A DNA stretch of 64,000 nt from Octopus bimaculoides (GCF_001194135.2 NC_069008.1:13240980-13304979), one strand, 5' to 3'; positions 21,637 to 35,262 are shown, counted from the first letter of the stretch. Made by a program: numbers and translations. Notes: generated by a model from the letters alone, not told the origin.

Positions 21637-23043
21637 AATATGTTTATTCTTATCCTCAGAATCTTTTTCGGTAAAAAGGCATTATAGTCTGTTTCTAAGA
21701 GTCATTTATGTGTAAGTACATTAACTGTCCTCAAATACCTTATGCACCCTGTAAAATGTACTACACTTCTAGGCCCCTGAGGACAGCTTACGTAAATGTT
21801 TTTAGGGCAGTCTGCTTTTACATTTTTTATGATAATAAACTGCATGTTAACTGAATGATTTATATTCGTCAGAACATGTGGAATAAGGCCTAAGTCTGAA
21901 AAACAAAAAGCATGGATATTTGGAGCAAACGTATGAAAATGCATTGGAGAGGCAAAGGATTTGTAACGAGGCTAATTTTATAATTGCATGTTTAGACTTA
22001 AGTACTTGGAAATTGCCTGCCGGTGTAAGTCTCCACTGATTGGTCATGCAACCAGTCACGTGATACTGAAATACTTTATTGAGTCAAGCATTTCGATTGG
22101 TCTAGTTTTATGCAGATACGAAGTGCATATCCAGTTGTGTTGCACAATAAACCACCAGAAGTGATAAAATATAAATGTTCACCCGAGCCATTTGTTGTTA
22201 ATAAATAGCACAAAGTTTTTCATTTTATCAGAGGGGAGAATTTGATTTCAGAAAGCCACGTCATATTATTTTCGTTCCTATTGAAGCACTTATAACAAAG
22301 TGTGACTGAGTTGAAAAGCCAACTATTAACGATTTTCTACAGTCTGCATTTCTTCATGATGTATTAATCTGGTTCGTTGTATAATTTTATTTAGCCGAAG
22401 AATAAAGTGTCGCTTTTCATCAAAAGCTCGTTTTTTTTTTTGGTATCATTTCCGTCATTCCATATGCATCTCAAGAGAAGCAAGAATTTGTATCGAAAGG
22501 GCCAGAGACACAACCTACCAGCTAAAGATTCATCTAAGATTTCATAAAACAGTATTATTCTAAAGGACCAAAATAATCAGTTCCAAATTCACATACATCG
22601 TCTCGGCAGAATTCTAGTTTAAGCACCCCATATAACTCCTCGTAATTTTTATTTTTTGAAATTTTCAGAAAATGTTTTGCAAATTTGTGTTCTACATACA
22701 GGAATTTATACGATTAGGAAGAAAAAAAAATTATGATTTTCATCCACCTATAAATCCCAAAACTTGCAGCCTTTTTCGAATTTGTTTTTTTAAAATCAGA
22801 GTTTAAAATACAATCTCTGCAATGAACCTCCCTCGAGTGAATCATTCTATTGTGTTTATGTGAAGAAATATATCGAAAAGGATTCAACGCACGTGAGAGT
22901 AACAAAATTATTTTATTTCTTTTTAGCATAATTGTACGAATTCCAAGGTGCAGAACACAAATTCGCAAAGATTTCAAAAAATAGAAAAAAGCTATGACGG
23001 ATTAAATGAGAAATTTAAATCAGAATTCAATGTCTCTAAGGAA

Positions 23044-23172
23044 TTCGGTAATTTTTCACACGATCTTCACTAGGGTGTTTGGGTCAGGGTTACGGTTAGG
23101 GACGGAATTCCCTAACCCTGACCCTAAAACCGTAGTGAAGATCGTGAGGGTGTTAATCTGAAAAATTACCAG
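23044..23172. mobile_element. Palindromic MITE with telomere-like core (same family as 7060)
   Basis: ggtaatttttca...cttcactagggtgtttgggtcagggttacggttaggga / tccctaaccctgaccctaaaaccgtagtgaag...gaaaaattacc. Confidence 0.7.
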
Positions 23173-24005
23173 GAATTCCTCGTCAGACTTTACAAGACAA
23201 ATCTTAACCTTCTGCCTGTCCTGCATATCGCATATGATTCACTGGACATATTTCATCGGTGTTCAAGCATCATAGATGATTACACAATTACAGTTTTGTT
23301 CAACCTCTACAATAACTTGCGTCTTATGAAAAAGAAGGTTTTAAATTATTCAGAACATAAAGGAAAAACAAGGGCAAACTAAAAGTCTGAAAACAAGCAT
23401 AGACTTTCAGGATAAACTTATGGGAAGGCTTTGGACATAGAAAAAAAAAAAAAAAAAAAAAAACGTTAATAAATTAAATCGGTTTCGTTTTGTACCAGAT
23501 GTCCTGGACGTTTAGAAAACAAACTTACGGAGCAACATTTCTGAGTAAAACAATAATATTTAATCTATTTGTTAATACTGTAATTATGATTAGTAACACT
23601 TACACATGGACGTTTTGGGGTCATGAGATGACCTCAGGTAAAAAAAAGTTGAAAACCACGAAGTCAGGGAGAATCTCAACACATCTTGCAACAGCAATTG
23701 TAGCTGTAGAATTGACACTTATTTTACATATAACAAACAAGACATAACGTGTGTAAAATGAGGCGAACATGAGAGACACAAACAGAACAGCAAAAGTAAT
23801 GTTTTCAATGGAAACAAAACAAAGTTGAATCCAGTCAGTAGAGGCATCTATCGGATAAGTGAGGAAATACATCTTGTAAAGGGGAATAACTTAACTCACA
23901 CTTAAAAATATAAACGTACAACAATACTTGAGAAGGTTGGGATTGAAAATGGCCCGAATGACTTGAGTTTACGGTTTTCTGAGGGCAGATTAGATAATAT
24001 ACTCC

Positions 24006-24122
24006 TGTAATCTTCCAGTTTCGAGGGGTAAAAGAAATCGGACGATATATATTTCTATACATATAAGACTGAAGTTATTTCCCTTGAATATTTCTTTTAC
24101 CCCTCGAAACTGGAAGATTACC
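24006..24122. mobile_element. 117-bp MITE with 32-bp TIRs and 9-bp TSD (MULE-like)
   Basis: TIR gtaatcttccagtttcgaggggtaaaagaaat at 24007-24038 / 24090-24121; TSD atatactcc at 23997-24005 and 24123-24131. Confidence 0.8.
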
Positions 24123-26031
24123 ATATACTCCATATATAGAACTTAGTTTGAAAAGTAAAGCAATAAATCGTATTTTGTAGAGGCTGTTTTAAATCTAGTA
24201 ATCCTCTTAAAATATATCATATACAACAAAGAAAAGTGAAAAAAACACGGGTTTTATTTAACATACAGGGACAGGTCATTACATTATTTACATTTGACGG
24301 ATATTTGTCTAATCGACTGGCTCCTCTCCCAAAATTTCAGGCCTTGTGCCTAGACTAGAAAAGAATATTACATAACTTTAAATGCTTAGTTACTCTTTTA
24401 TTATGAATTTCTAGAAAAAGTGTAATTTTCGTTTTCAGCATTCAAAACTACATCGGAATTACATTTTTGGAAATGATATATTAAAAATTTTATACGCATG
24501 ATCTGAAAATGAGGTGAAGAACTGAAAGAAAGAAAATAGCGCAAAAAAAAAAAAAAAATTATGAAGGAAAACAAAACAAAAATCAATTTCAGTCAGTAGC
24601 GACATCTAATGGAGCAGTAAGGAAATATATAGTATAAGGGGAAACAACTTACTCACACTTAAAGCTATTGTCAATATTATGATGAGATTTGATTCATATA
24701 CTCTATATATAATATATAGATACAGCCTAATGCTTAATATATAGAATATACTTTGGAAAGAAAAAAGGTAAACTGTATTTAGCAGAGTCAAATTAATACA
24801 CTTGTCAAGCAGGATCTCTTTCATATCAATTCTCGTAAGATATTTCGTACAGCATCATGCATACAGTATGTTTATAGGATGAAAGTTAAATGGTAAAAAG
24901 TAAAGAACTTGAATTTATTTAATAGAGACACAGATACAAATTATTATATTTCTTAGACAGAGTTTTGTTATGTCTTTATCACTATACTTACACAAATTAG
25001 CCAATTAGAAACAGGACAACAGGTTACAGTATATTATTGCACAGCATAGTCGGGTTTCTGGAGGCCGGGTAAGAGGCCCGCTACTGTACACAGAGGTGGA
25101 TATTTTAATAAGGGGAACTGGCTCGGTTTTTACATCTGAGAAAGGTAAGTTGATAATGGTTTCTTTTAAGGCTTCAATAATGCTTGTAAAAATGAGACTA
25201 ATGTGGCGATATTTGCATTATTGTGTGTATCTTTGTAACGATTGTAAAGACTAAAGTCTAGTCACTAGACTATCGAATGTTGTTATAGTGGAGTCTCCCG
25301 TCTTAAGCGAGAGGTGAGTGTTGAGTAATTTCTTACTGAACAACTAGTACAGATGGTTTGTTTCTAGTGAACAAATGTTTGTATTTTTATTAGCTCACTC
25401 CCTCGACCAAATCGATATTTCCTTTACAGGTGCACGGCGTGCCACACGTCAGATGTGGAGGTGATCGAAGTTTCAAGCGACATCACAACTTGGGATTGCG
25501 CTGGCGTAGGTGTTTAATCGGCCTAGTGAAGTTTCGGATCAGGACGCCCACATAAGTTGGATTTTCGGTAAATTTCTATACTTTCACCCTCACGATTTTC
25601 ACTAAGAAGGAAAATAAAACTCGGACTTTTTTTTGCGTGGAATCAAGTACCCTGACCTCCTAATATGCCACAAACCCCTTGTTTTTGTTGAATAAAGGGG
25701 GACCCCCCACCGTATCCCGGAATCATTGGAAATTTTTCGAGAGTGTGTGGAGTACATGTAAGAATTTGTGTGTGTGTGTGTGTGTGAAACAAGTAAAAAT
25801 ATAATATTAAAACAAAATATCTTTTTCATACCTCATAAATCACTAGGTATAATATATGTAATATAATAATAATCCCAGATTGCAGAATAGATTTGAAAAA
25901 CTAATCCACTTAACTATTGCAATTTTTGGCGCCGAAATCGGGTAACTAATGCATTTAATTTTTGTGTGGAGAGAGAGTGACGAAGTTTACCTAAACATTC
26001 AATGGTATAGCAATATATTATATTATAAATA

Positions 26032-26275
26032 TCATCATCATCGTCGTTTAACGTCTGCTTTCCATGCTAGCATGGGTTGGACAGTTTGACTGAGGACTGG
26101 CAAGCCAGGAGGCTGCACAAGGCTCCAATCTGTTCTGGCAAGGTTTCTACAGCTGGATGCCCTTCTTAACGCCAACAACTCCGAGAGTGTAGTGGGTGCT
26201 TTTTAAGTGCCAAGAGCACGGGGGCTAGTCAGGTGGCACTGGCATTGACATACTCAAATGGTGCTTTTTACGTAC
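26032..26275 (-). mobile_element. Family B short retroposon
   Basis: Homologous to 1-245. Confidence 0.85.
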
Positions 26276-27496
26276 TGCTTCGTCACTCACTCACTCTCTC
26301 TCTCTTCCTCTCCCTCTGTCTGTCTGTCTCTCTCTCTCTACACACATAAAAACGAAATACATTAGTTACCCGATTTTGGCACCAAAAATTTCAAAGAGAA
26401 AGTGGATTAGTTTTTCAAATATGGTAGATGCATGCATCTCCTGTTGTATTCAGTGCAAACATGTCACTCTGCATGTGTGTGTGTGCCTGCATTTATGTTT
26501 GTATGTATATATGTATGAGCACCATCTTGGCTTAACATCTGGTGTTCCTTTATTGATATTCCCATAACCTAACAGTTACGGAATAAAAACAGGCCAATAG
26601 AATAAGTATGAGGCTGAAAAAGTTAGGATTGAGGTTGGAAAGTTTCACTAGACCCTTTCAGGCAGTGCCCTTGCACGGCCACGTGAAAGATAAAACATTA
26701 AAAAGTTCCATGCGCTGTATAATTATATTTCAGTTTAAGAATCTGTTGATATTTTGATCCTGGGAATATACGTATGTGTACAACAATGTAGAACAATGAA
26801 AGTTCAAAAGTAATGTTTATACTATTTCTCTCTCATTTCAGAATACCAGAAGACATTGGAATTTACACAATCCTGTTTGGAAGAATAACCTGTGAAATAT
26901 TGTTAATCCTTTAATACAAGTGTCAAGAATGTGTGCAAGATAATCTTATATCCTAATCAGACTTTCATGGCACAAGAGATTGCAACATCTGGTATTAGCT
27001 TCAGATCAAAGTTGGTGGAATTATGGCGGAAGAAAGGCTTTGTACGGAATGAAGAACAAACTCAAAAGGAAGAACAACACTCAGTGCAGTGATAGGTGTG
27101 TGCTTAAGAAGCTCACATTGCAACCGTGTGGTTCGGGGGTTCAGTCCCACTGTGCTGCTCCTTGGCCAAGTCTCTTCTACAGTAGCCTCAAGCTCACAAT
27201 GCCTTGTCACGAATTTTGACAGATGGAAACTGTGTGGAAGTCCATCATAAAGATATTTGTGTTTGTGATTCTTTATGTCTGGCAAAAGAGATCAATAGAA
27301 TGTATAACAGACTTTATAAAAGTGAGTAATGAAGTCAATAATTTTGGTTAAAACCTGACAAGGCAATGCCCCAGCATGGCCACAATCCAGATATTGAAGC
27401 AAGTTAAAGATAAAGGGAAAGAGACTGTGGTGAGAGAAGGAATGTTATAGAAAATGAATTGTGTGAGGCCGGTGTTATTGTAAAACACCATCTATA

Positions 27497-28384
27497 ATGA
27501 GTGATTCTACTGGTGAGATGTCCAAAGATACAGAAAATACATCATACCACTGTGATATCTGTGGAAAGTCCTTCTCTCAGAAAAGTAACCTCACAGTTCA
27601 CAAACGTATTCATACAGGAGAGAAGCCATATCACTGTATTATATGTGGTAAATCGTTCTCGCAAAAAAGCAGCTTGGCTGCACACAAGTGCAGTCACACA
27701 GGAGAGAAACCATATCATTGTGATATTTGTGGTAAATCATTCTCTGCAGGAACTGACCTAACCAGACACAAATTCATTCATACTGGAGGGAAATCATATC
27801 CCTGCAATATTTGCAGCAAATCATACTCTCAGAATGCTAGCTTAATTGCTCACAAACGTGTTCATACAGGGGAGAAGCCATATGACTGTGAGATCTGTGG
27901 TAAATCATTCACTCAAAACAGTACATTAACTACACACAGGCGCATTCATACAGGAGAGAAACCATATCACTGTATTATATGTGGTAAATCATTCTCTGAA
28001 AGAGGTAGCTTAGCTACACACAAACGCATTCATACAGGAGAGAAACCGTATCACTGTGATATCTGTGGTAAATCATACTCTCAGAATGGTCACTTAATTG
28101 CACACAAACGTGTTCATACAGGAGAGAAACCATATGACTGTGATATCTGTGGTAGATCATTTGCTCAAAAGTTTCAATTAACTACACACACACACATTCA
28201 TACAAGAGAAAAGCCATATCACTGTGATATCTGTGGTAAATCATTCTCTCAAAGAAGCACCCTAACCACACACAAACACATTCATACAGGAGAGAAGCCA
28301 CATCATTGTGATGTCTGTGGTAAATCATTCTCTCAAGTAGTTCAGTTAACTAGACATAAACTTTCTCATACAGGTGAGAAGTGA
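27497..28384 (+). CDS. C2H2 zinc-finger protein C: 10 fingers, paralog of B
   Basis: Intact [22 protein letters not shown]...; decayed finger remnants follow to about 28490. Confidence 0.9.
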   Translation: MSDSTGEMSKDTENTSYHCDICGKSFSQKSNLTVHKRIHTGEKPYHCIICGKSFSQKSSLAAHKCSHTGEKPYHCDICGKSFSAGTDLTRHKFIHTGGKSYPCNICSKSYSQNASLIAHKRVHTGEKPYDCEICGKSFTQNSTLTTHRRIHTGEKPYHCIICGKSFSERGSLATHKRIHTGEKPYHCDICGKSYSQNGHLIAHKRVHTGEKPYDCDICGRSFAQKFQLTTHTHIHTREKPYHCDICGKSFSQRSTLTTHKHIHTGEKPHHCDVCGKSFSQVVQLTRHKLSHTGEK

Positions 28385-29035
28385 TGCCAGTGTAATATCT
28401 CTGCTCAATCATTTTCTCAGAAAGTTTGTCTCATCACACATCGACACATTCCTACGGGAGAAGCCATATGACTGTGATATCCGTGGTATATATACACATG
28501 TATATATACATACTGAAGAGTATCTGTATCAATATCTATCTGTAGCCTCTTCTTTATCATATAATAGTACCAACTAATTCATTCATGTCACATATGAGAA
28601 CTTATTTGCCAAAATGGTACCCTATCAACTCTATCCATTACTCATTTATAAAGGAATATCTCAGTATTGAGACTGTCTTCTCATTGCTGTGATGTAATCC
28701 ATGTCTGATTAATTACTCAGCATCTACAAGTTCTATAGTCCAAGCTTTAAAGTAGTGCTTGCATAAATATGATAGTACATTTACTAGTAAGCTTACTGGC
28801 CATGTTGTGCTGGGTAAACATTTCTGGAATTGATTTGCTTCTGGTTGATGTGAAAATGGCAAATGAAGAGACACCCAGGAACATTTATAACCCATAGATC
28901 TATGCATGTGTTTTGTCAAATGTGAAGCTTGGAGTATCAACAGAGTGAAATGTTACCTTTCAGTAATGGAATTAAATCCTGCAACATGTATTGTGTAATT
29001 ATTATAGTTCATACGTTTGACACAGTCCAATGCAT

Positions 29036-29370
29036 TGTTGCCTGACTGGCTCCTCTGCCAGTGGCATGTAAAAAACACCATTCGATCATGGTCATTGCTA
29101 GTGCTGCCTGACTGGCTCCTGTGCCAGTGGCACACATAAAGAACCATTTGAGCATGGTTGATGCCAGTACCAGTTGACTGGCCCTCGTGTCAGTGACATG
29201 TAAAAAGCATCCACTACACTCTTGGGGTGGTTGGCATTAGGAAGGGCATCCACCTGTAGAAACTTTGACAGATCAGATTGGATCCTGGTGCAGCCTACTG
29301 GCTCACCAGCTCTCAGTCAAACCGTTCAACCCATGCCAGCATGGAAAGCAGACGTTAAACGACGATGATA
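29036..29370 (+). mobile_element. Family B retroposon with three internal ~68-bp subrepeats
   Basis: tgcctgactggctcc repeated; RTE-type tail catggaaagcagacgttaaacgacgatgat. Confidence 0.8.
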
Positions 29371-30857
29371 AGTAAACATATGATGGGGGATATAATAGCA
29401 ATAACCATGCGATGAGAGGAAATGGATTTTATTTTTGACATTGATATATGTATTTTAACTGAACTGTTTAGAAATATCCCAATTGTCTACATGTATATAT
29501 ATACCTCCAGGAGTATGTAGAAAATATGTTGTAGCCTGAAACACAATCAATCTCAAGTAACTGAATGGACAGAAACAAAAACGATAATAAGACATTTTGT
29601 TTGGTAAATAGGATTGTTGAAACTTGAGAATAAAAAGAGTTTTGTTGTCATCAGTGTGTTTTGCAATGATATTCTGATGAAGAGACAAAAACGTGACTGT
29701 TATTCTCACATCATTTCTCCATAACCCAAAATTGTACCAAAATGATTCAAGTTTTTCCTGATATTTCAAAAGCAAATATAAGAAAATGTGAAAAGGAAAC
29801 CCATGAAGGATTATGTGTAAAACCTGAGGAATCGGAAGCTGAAGAAATGATAAGTGAGGGAATTGAACGAGAACCAGCTCAGCATAACAGACAGCAGATG
29901 AGAAAATGTGGTTTTGAAAGAATTTTATGAGTCCCCTAGAAAATTTGAAATTCAAATTTAAACCAGCACTTTGTACATGTTATTGAGATGTTCAAAATGT
30001 TTAATTCTTACATGTATTCACCTGATGAAAACGTGTTTTTTTTTCATGATGTAACTCTTCTGTTCATCAATAAAAAAATATCTGAAACAGCTGTAGTGAA
30101 CCACGATCCATCTGTTATTGTTTGCTTATTCTTCACCTCACTCAGAACCTGCAATTCATTTGCATCTAGAATCTGTTGAGTGCAGTGAGTATACTCATGC
30201 GCAACTGTGATGACACGTCATATAATCTGTTGGCCATTTATGATTGTATGTAAATCCATATTTACTTTGTCCTCAAATATTGTGTAGACGACAGCGATAT
30301 CACCAACTTCACCTNNNNNNNNNNNNNNNNNNNNNNNNNNNNNNNNNNNNNNNNNNNNNNNNNNNNNNNNNNNNNNNNNNNNNNNNNNNNNNNNNNNNNN
30401 NNNNNNNNNNNNNNNNNNNNNNNNNNNNNNNNNNNNNNNNNNNNNNNNGCATGTGGGGGGAGGGGGTAAGTGTTTTAGGAGGGGTGGGGTGGGAAATTTC
30501 TGAAAATTCACCAGAGTCCATTTCAATACATCTTAACTTTCAAGAAAATGGATATTTTTAGATGAAATCCTCTCCAAATATACCTTGGAGTATGTAGATT
30601 CCGAAGACAGGAATTTTTGGGGAAAACAATTGGGGGTTATTTTTGAGAACCTTTCCCCACTCAGAGGTGTTTTGGAACAAGTTGTCTATATTTGTTTCAT
30701 TTTCTCCGTTTTGTGCATTTGTGCACCCATAGATTTCTACTGACGCAACAAACAAGCAATGAAGCCCTCACCAGAAAACTCATTATGCTAAAAATAATAG
30801 CTAAAGGTCTGGTACACAGAAATATGTTATTAAAACGACATCTGTTGCATACATCTG

Positions 30858-32007
30858 AGCCTCATCCAAAATGAATCTCCTTCGTGCAACATATCCAAGA
30901 ATACAGCATTAGCAAAACTCATTGTCTGGGATGAGGCAACAACGTCTCATAAGGCAGCATTTGAAGCACTTGATACAACACTACAAGACTTCAAAAACAA
31001 TAAGAAGATCATGGATGGTGTCACCCTCCTCATGGCTGGTGACTTCAGGCAAACGCTGCCTGTCATTCCCAGAGGAACAAGGGCAGATGAGCTGAGAGCT
31101 TGCATCAGGTCCTCATATATCTGGCAACATGTCAAGCAGCTTACTCTGACAACCAACATGAGGGTTCACATTCGTGGTGACCTGTTAGCTGCACAGTTCT
31201 CCAATAACTTACTTGACATTGGAAATGGCAAACTTCCACAAGATCCAGAAGATAGTCTGCACCACCTCCCATGCGGCAATATGACTGCCTCCCTTGAAGA
31301 ACTGAAGAGCAAGGTGTTTCCAAACATTGCCACAAACTATAAAAGTCACAAGTGGTTATCTGAAAGGACAATTCTGGCACCAAGGAATGATGCTGTAGAC
31401 AAGCTGAATCTAAATTTGTTGCCTCAGCTCCCAGGACCTGAATGTTCATACAGATCAATTGACACTGTCCCTGATCAAGAACAGGCAACACCAGTTGAGT
31501 TCCTNNNNNNNNNNNNNNNNNNNNNNNNNNNNNNNNNNNNNNNNNNNNNCTAAATTCACTTCACCCACCAGGATTTCCACTACACATTCTGATCACGAAA
31601 ACAGGAGCTCCCACAATGCTATTGAGAACCTTGATGCACCCAGACTCTGCAATGGGACAAGGTTGGTTGTTAAAATAGCTAGGTCCCATGTGTTAGAAAC
31701 AACGATAATTACAGGCAACATGATGGGTGAGAATGTTTTCATTCCAAGGATATCTCTCATTTCAAATGATCTCCCCTTTCAGTTCAAGAGACTGCAGTTT
31801 CCTGTCAAACCTAGCTTTGCAATGTCTATCAACAAAGCACATGGTCAATCTTTAAAGGTGGTGGGACTTAACCTCCTTCAACCTTGCTTCTCACATGGTC
31901 AGCTGTATGTTGGATGTTCTAGAACTGGAGAGGAAAAGAATATCTACATTCTCAGTGACAAACATGGCAAGACAGAAAACACAGTATATGAAGAAGCACT
32001 TCCATGA
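30858..32007 (+). pseudogene. Helitron-type Pif1 helicase, 5'-truncated, one frameshift
   Basis: LIVWDEA, MAGDFRQTLPVIPRG, LTTNMRV, ILAPRN, LCNGTRL, FAMSINKAHGQSL, FSHGQLYVGCSR; 1-nt deletion near 31627. Confidence 0.9.
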
Positions 32008-34017
32008 ATAGTAGGTCCATGTCATATACAGAAGTGTAAACCCATTCAGTGTTAAAGTATTACTATTACACTTTCACTTCTCTGCTGGTTCCTCAAAAAC
32101 TACGATGGGATTTTGTTCCACCAGGGTTTGCAGGACGTGCTTGTAGAGCTCTACAGATCTTCCAGGACAAGGCTCATCTTCTAGGCTGCAGTTTCTGGTT
32201 CGGAATTTCTGGAGCTACTGTTGACACTAGTTTACGCTTATTGTCCGATCCCCATATATACTGCATTGATATTCCTCACACTTTCCGTTGCATTGTTGCT
32301 TTTATTGAACTCATGAAGCAAAATATGCTGAATATCCTTCTTTGTTACTTCGATGATAATAACTTTGAAAGAATAACTTTTAAAATCGAACTGTAGTCTT
32401 TCAAAACTTGCGCTAAGAATAAGGACAAGGTAAAATTACTACCTGCTTTTATAGCAAGTTGATGCAGGTAGTTTATCGTGTTCCTCTCCGACTTTTAGTT
32501 CATGCAATTGAAAAAACTGCATTATTTATGGGATGACCCAATACATCACAAGCATCATTACCTGAGTCTCCGTTATTTGAACCAAGTGACAGGTGAATGT
32601 GAGATGACCAGTAATCATGTGACACTGCAGCTTTTACATCCTAGTGTCCCTTTTCTAGAAGGATGCAGTGATAACAGCTAGGGGTCCCTCACTTGCAGGT
32701 CATTTCATCTGCTGAAAAGATAATGGCCTCAGTTTTTTTGGAATGAAAAAGGCATAGTGCATATTGGCTACCTTCAAAATGATAACACCAAATCCACTCG
32801 CAAGAAGTCTGTGTCTGTGAGGTGAGGAAGAATACTTTTATGGAAAAAAAGTCAACTGACGGTCTTCACACTTTTCCATATAATCCTGGACTTTATATGT
32901 GAAATGCCAGTGACATGCTGCGTGTCTGTAGTGGAATGGTGTAGCAAACGATATCGTTGAGGTAGCAAATAAAATAGGCATGTAAAAATAATAAATGCGC
33001 CCTTTTAAAGCCTAGCCAGGCTCATGGGCCTGGTTTCCTGGTTTCTATGGTGTATGTGTTCCCCCCAGCTGGACGGGAAGCCAGTCCATCGCAGCGTTAG
33101 GACTGTAGTGAGCTATTTAGAATAGGCATGTGGACAACATCAAAGTAAAACAATGGGAAAACATCGAATTGTGGTTTAAATAATTTATTTAATCGACACT
33201 TGCATTTACGTGTTGTATACATCAGAAAATTCCCTACATGACATTACCAATTTGCTTCGAGTTGGCGAAGAAGAAAATAAACAGGGGAAATACTATGTCG
33301 ATGTGATGAGGTAGAACCTGTCATGTTTTGGGTCTGTGAATGCGTTGGTCATTCGGTGGTGTCTGTTTACCTTCCGCGGCTGCTACTGTGTTGGATCGTT
33401 CATACTGAATATGTGGTTCTATGTTAGCTGTTTGACTGGCGCAACTTAACTGCTGGCTGTCTGCTTGTCTCTTGACAGTTCGTCTGGTCATAGCTATCTG
33501 TCCTCTGTCGTATGTCTGACTGTATTTATAATGGTCATGACAGGTAGAAGAACAGACATACCACAGGAGTAATTTCTACCTATGTAGGTCGCCTCCTGTC
33601 CACTTGAACTTTTTCTTTCGCGCCTGTTTGGCCAGTGGCGGATCAGACGAGTGAGAATCCTTAGATTTGGTTTCGAATCTCAGCTCGGAAAAAAAGAAGT
33701 GTTAGTTTTTACACTACCCGCCACATCTGGTGAGAAAGCCAGAGAGATCGAACGACACAGATGCGTGTGATATTGAAATTGTGTGATTTTGTGTGTAAAT
33801 GCAGAAAAATGTATACAGTGTAATTCACAGACAAATGAATACATGTCAAAAAAGTGGAAGAAATGAAAATCTAAATGAAACAATCAACGTTCAGAGTTGG
33901 TGTGTGCAATATATGTTCGGCAAGAAGCAGAAATGCAATATGCTGGCGAGTTGAAAGAGATATGCAACTCTATTGATCATGCGATCCACTAGAGGTCTAA
34001 TATAGGTAAGTTGCCTT

Positions 34018-34270
34018 TCAGTGACGCGGAGAGCAAGTGATAGCACACATGAAAATATGAGTGTTACAAGTCTGAGAGAATGCTTTATCGCAGATATCAC
34101 ACTGGAATGGTTTCTCTCTTGTATGAATGCGTTTGTGTACCGTTAAATGATCATTTTGAGAGAATGATTGACTACGGATATCACAATGAAATGGTTTCTC
34201 TCCTGTATGAATACGTTTGTGTGTGACTAAGCTTGCATTCTGAGAATAAGATTTATCACAGATATTGCAG
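34018..34270 (-). pseudogene. C2H2-ZNF relic (2.5 fingers)
   Basis: [36 protein letters not shown]...; no ATG leader; fused to a copy of the 23730-23995 region. Confidence 0.85.
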
Positions 34271-34644
34271 GAACGTGATTTAGTCCGTCTCCAGTACACC
34301 GTAAACTCAAGTCATTCGGGCCATTTTCAATCCCAACCTTGTCAGGTAACATTGTACATTTATATCTTTAAGTGTAAGTTGTTCCCCTTTACAAGATGTA
34401 TTTCCTCACTTATCCGATAGATGTCTCTACTGACTGGATTCAGCTTTGTTTTGTTTCTATCGAAAACATTTTTGCTGTTTTGTTTGTTTTCTCTCATGTT
34501 CGCCTCATTTTACACACATGTTATGTCTTGTTTGTTACCAAGCATTTGAATATTTAGAGTAAGGATTTAGATTCTATAAATGGAACAATCGAACATTTAA
34601 GGAAGATCTGCGCCGAGAAGAGAGCGGATGTTTACGACTGGAAA

Positions 34645-34686
34645 ACTTCCGGTTGTTTTGTCAATATGCGAGGTTACCTTGGCAAC
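34645..34686 (+). promoter_or_regulatory. ETS site (acttccgg 34645-34652) and RFX X-box (GTTACCTTGGCAAC 34673-34686)
   Basis: 13/14 match to the X-box consensus GTTRCCATGGYAAC, ending 39 bp before the ATG of a ciliary/flagellar-type gene. Confidence 0.8.
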
Positions 34687-34724
34687 AGTAGACTGTTTAG
34701 GTAAACCGAAATCCTGCAGTAATA

Positions 34725-34801
34725 ATGTCCGAGTTTCCTCGAGAAGTGCTCATGTGGATCCAGAGTTTGGATTTAAATTCAAAGATCGTCGTTCCAAAAT
34801 G
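34725..34801 (+). CDS. SPATA4: SPATA4-like (CH-like domain) exon 1
   Basis: MSEFPREVLMWIQSLDLNSKIVVPK(W); donor TG|GTAAGT, phase 2. Confidence 0.9.
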
Positions 34802-34879
34802 GTAAGTTACTTCCAGGTCGCGTGGGCGCTTGATAAAAGAATGGGGGGGGAGAGAAAGAGATGGGTGAAGAGAGAAACT

Positions 34880-35055
34880 AGTTTGTGGGTGTGTGTGTGT
34901 TGTTTGTGTGTGTATGTATGTGTTTGTGTGGGTGTGTGTGCGTGTATGTATGTGTGGGTGTGTGTGCGTGTATGTATGTATGTGTGTGTGTGTTTGTGTG
35001 TATATGAGTGTGTGTTTGTGTGTATATGAGTGTGTGTTTGTGTGTGTGTGTGTAT
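34880..35055. repeat. Compound (GT)n/(GTAT)n microsatellite
   Basis: Direct reading. Confidence 0.95.
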
Positions 35056-35262
35056 TTTACATGCGTATATTCAGAGTGAATGTTTTATATTCTTAGAAAT
35101 GTTAACAACACTCATAAAATGATTTCTAACATAAGAACAGACCACGCATTTTTAGGGTTCAGGAGAAACCCTCAATTTAGTTGAACTCAGTAACCGACGT
35201 GACCCACTACGCATTCGCTTGACCAGCTAAAAAGAGCAGCTATATTCCCTTTGACTCACTTA

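Noticed and set aside
22030-22110. CCAAT boxes and E-box (CACGTG) as the ZNF D promoter
   Set aside because: Plausible position, but the motifs are short and common and there is no TSS evidence
22640-22995. Degraded ~70-bp inverted repeat
   Set aside because: AT-rich and low identity; at most an old MITE
32500-32960. Very degenerate mariner-like catalytic region (LQNDNTKS, HTFPYNPGL)
   Set aside because: Motif similarity is too weak to support without an alignment
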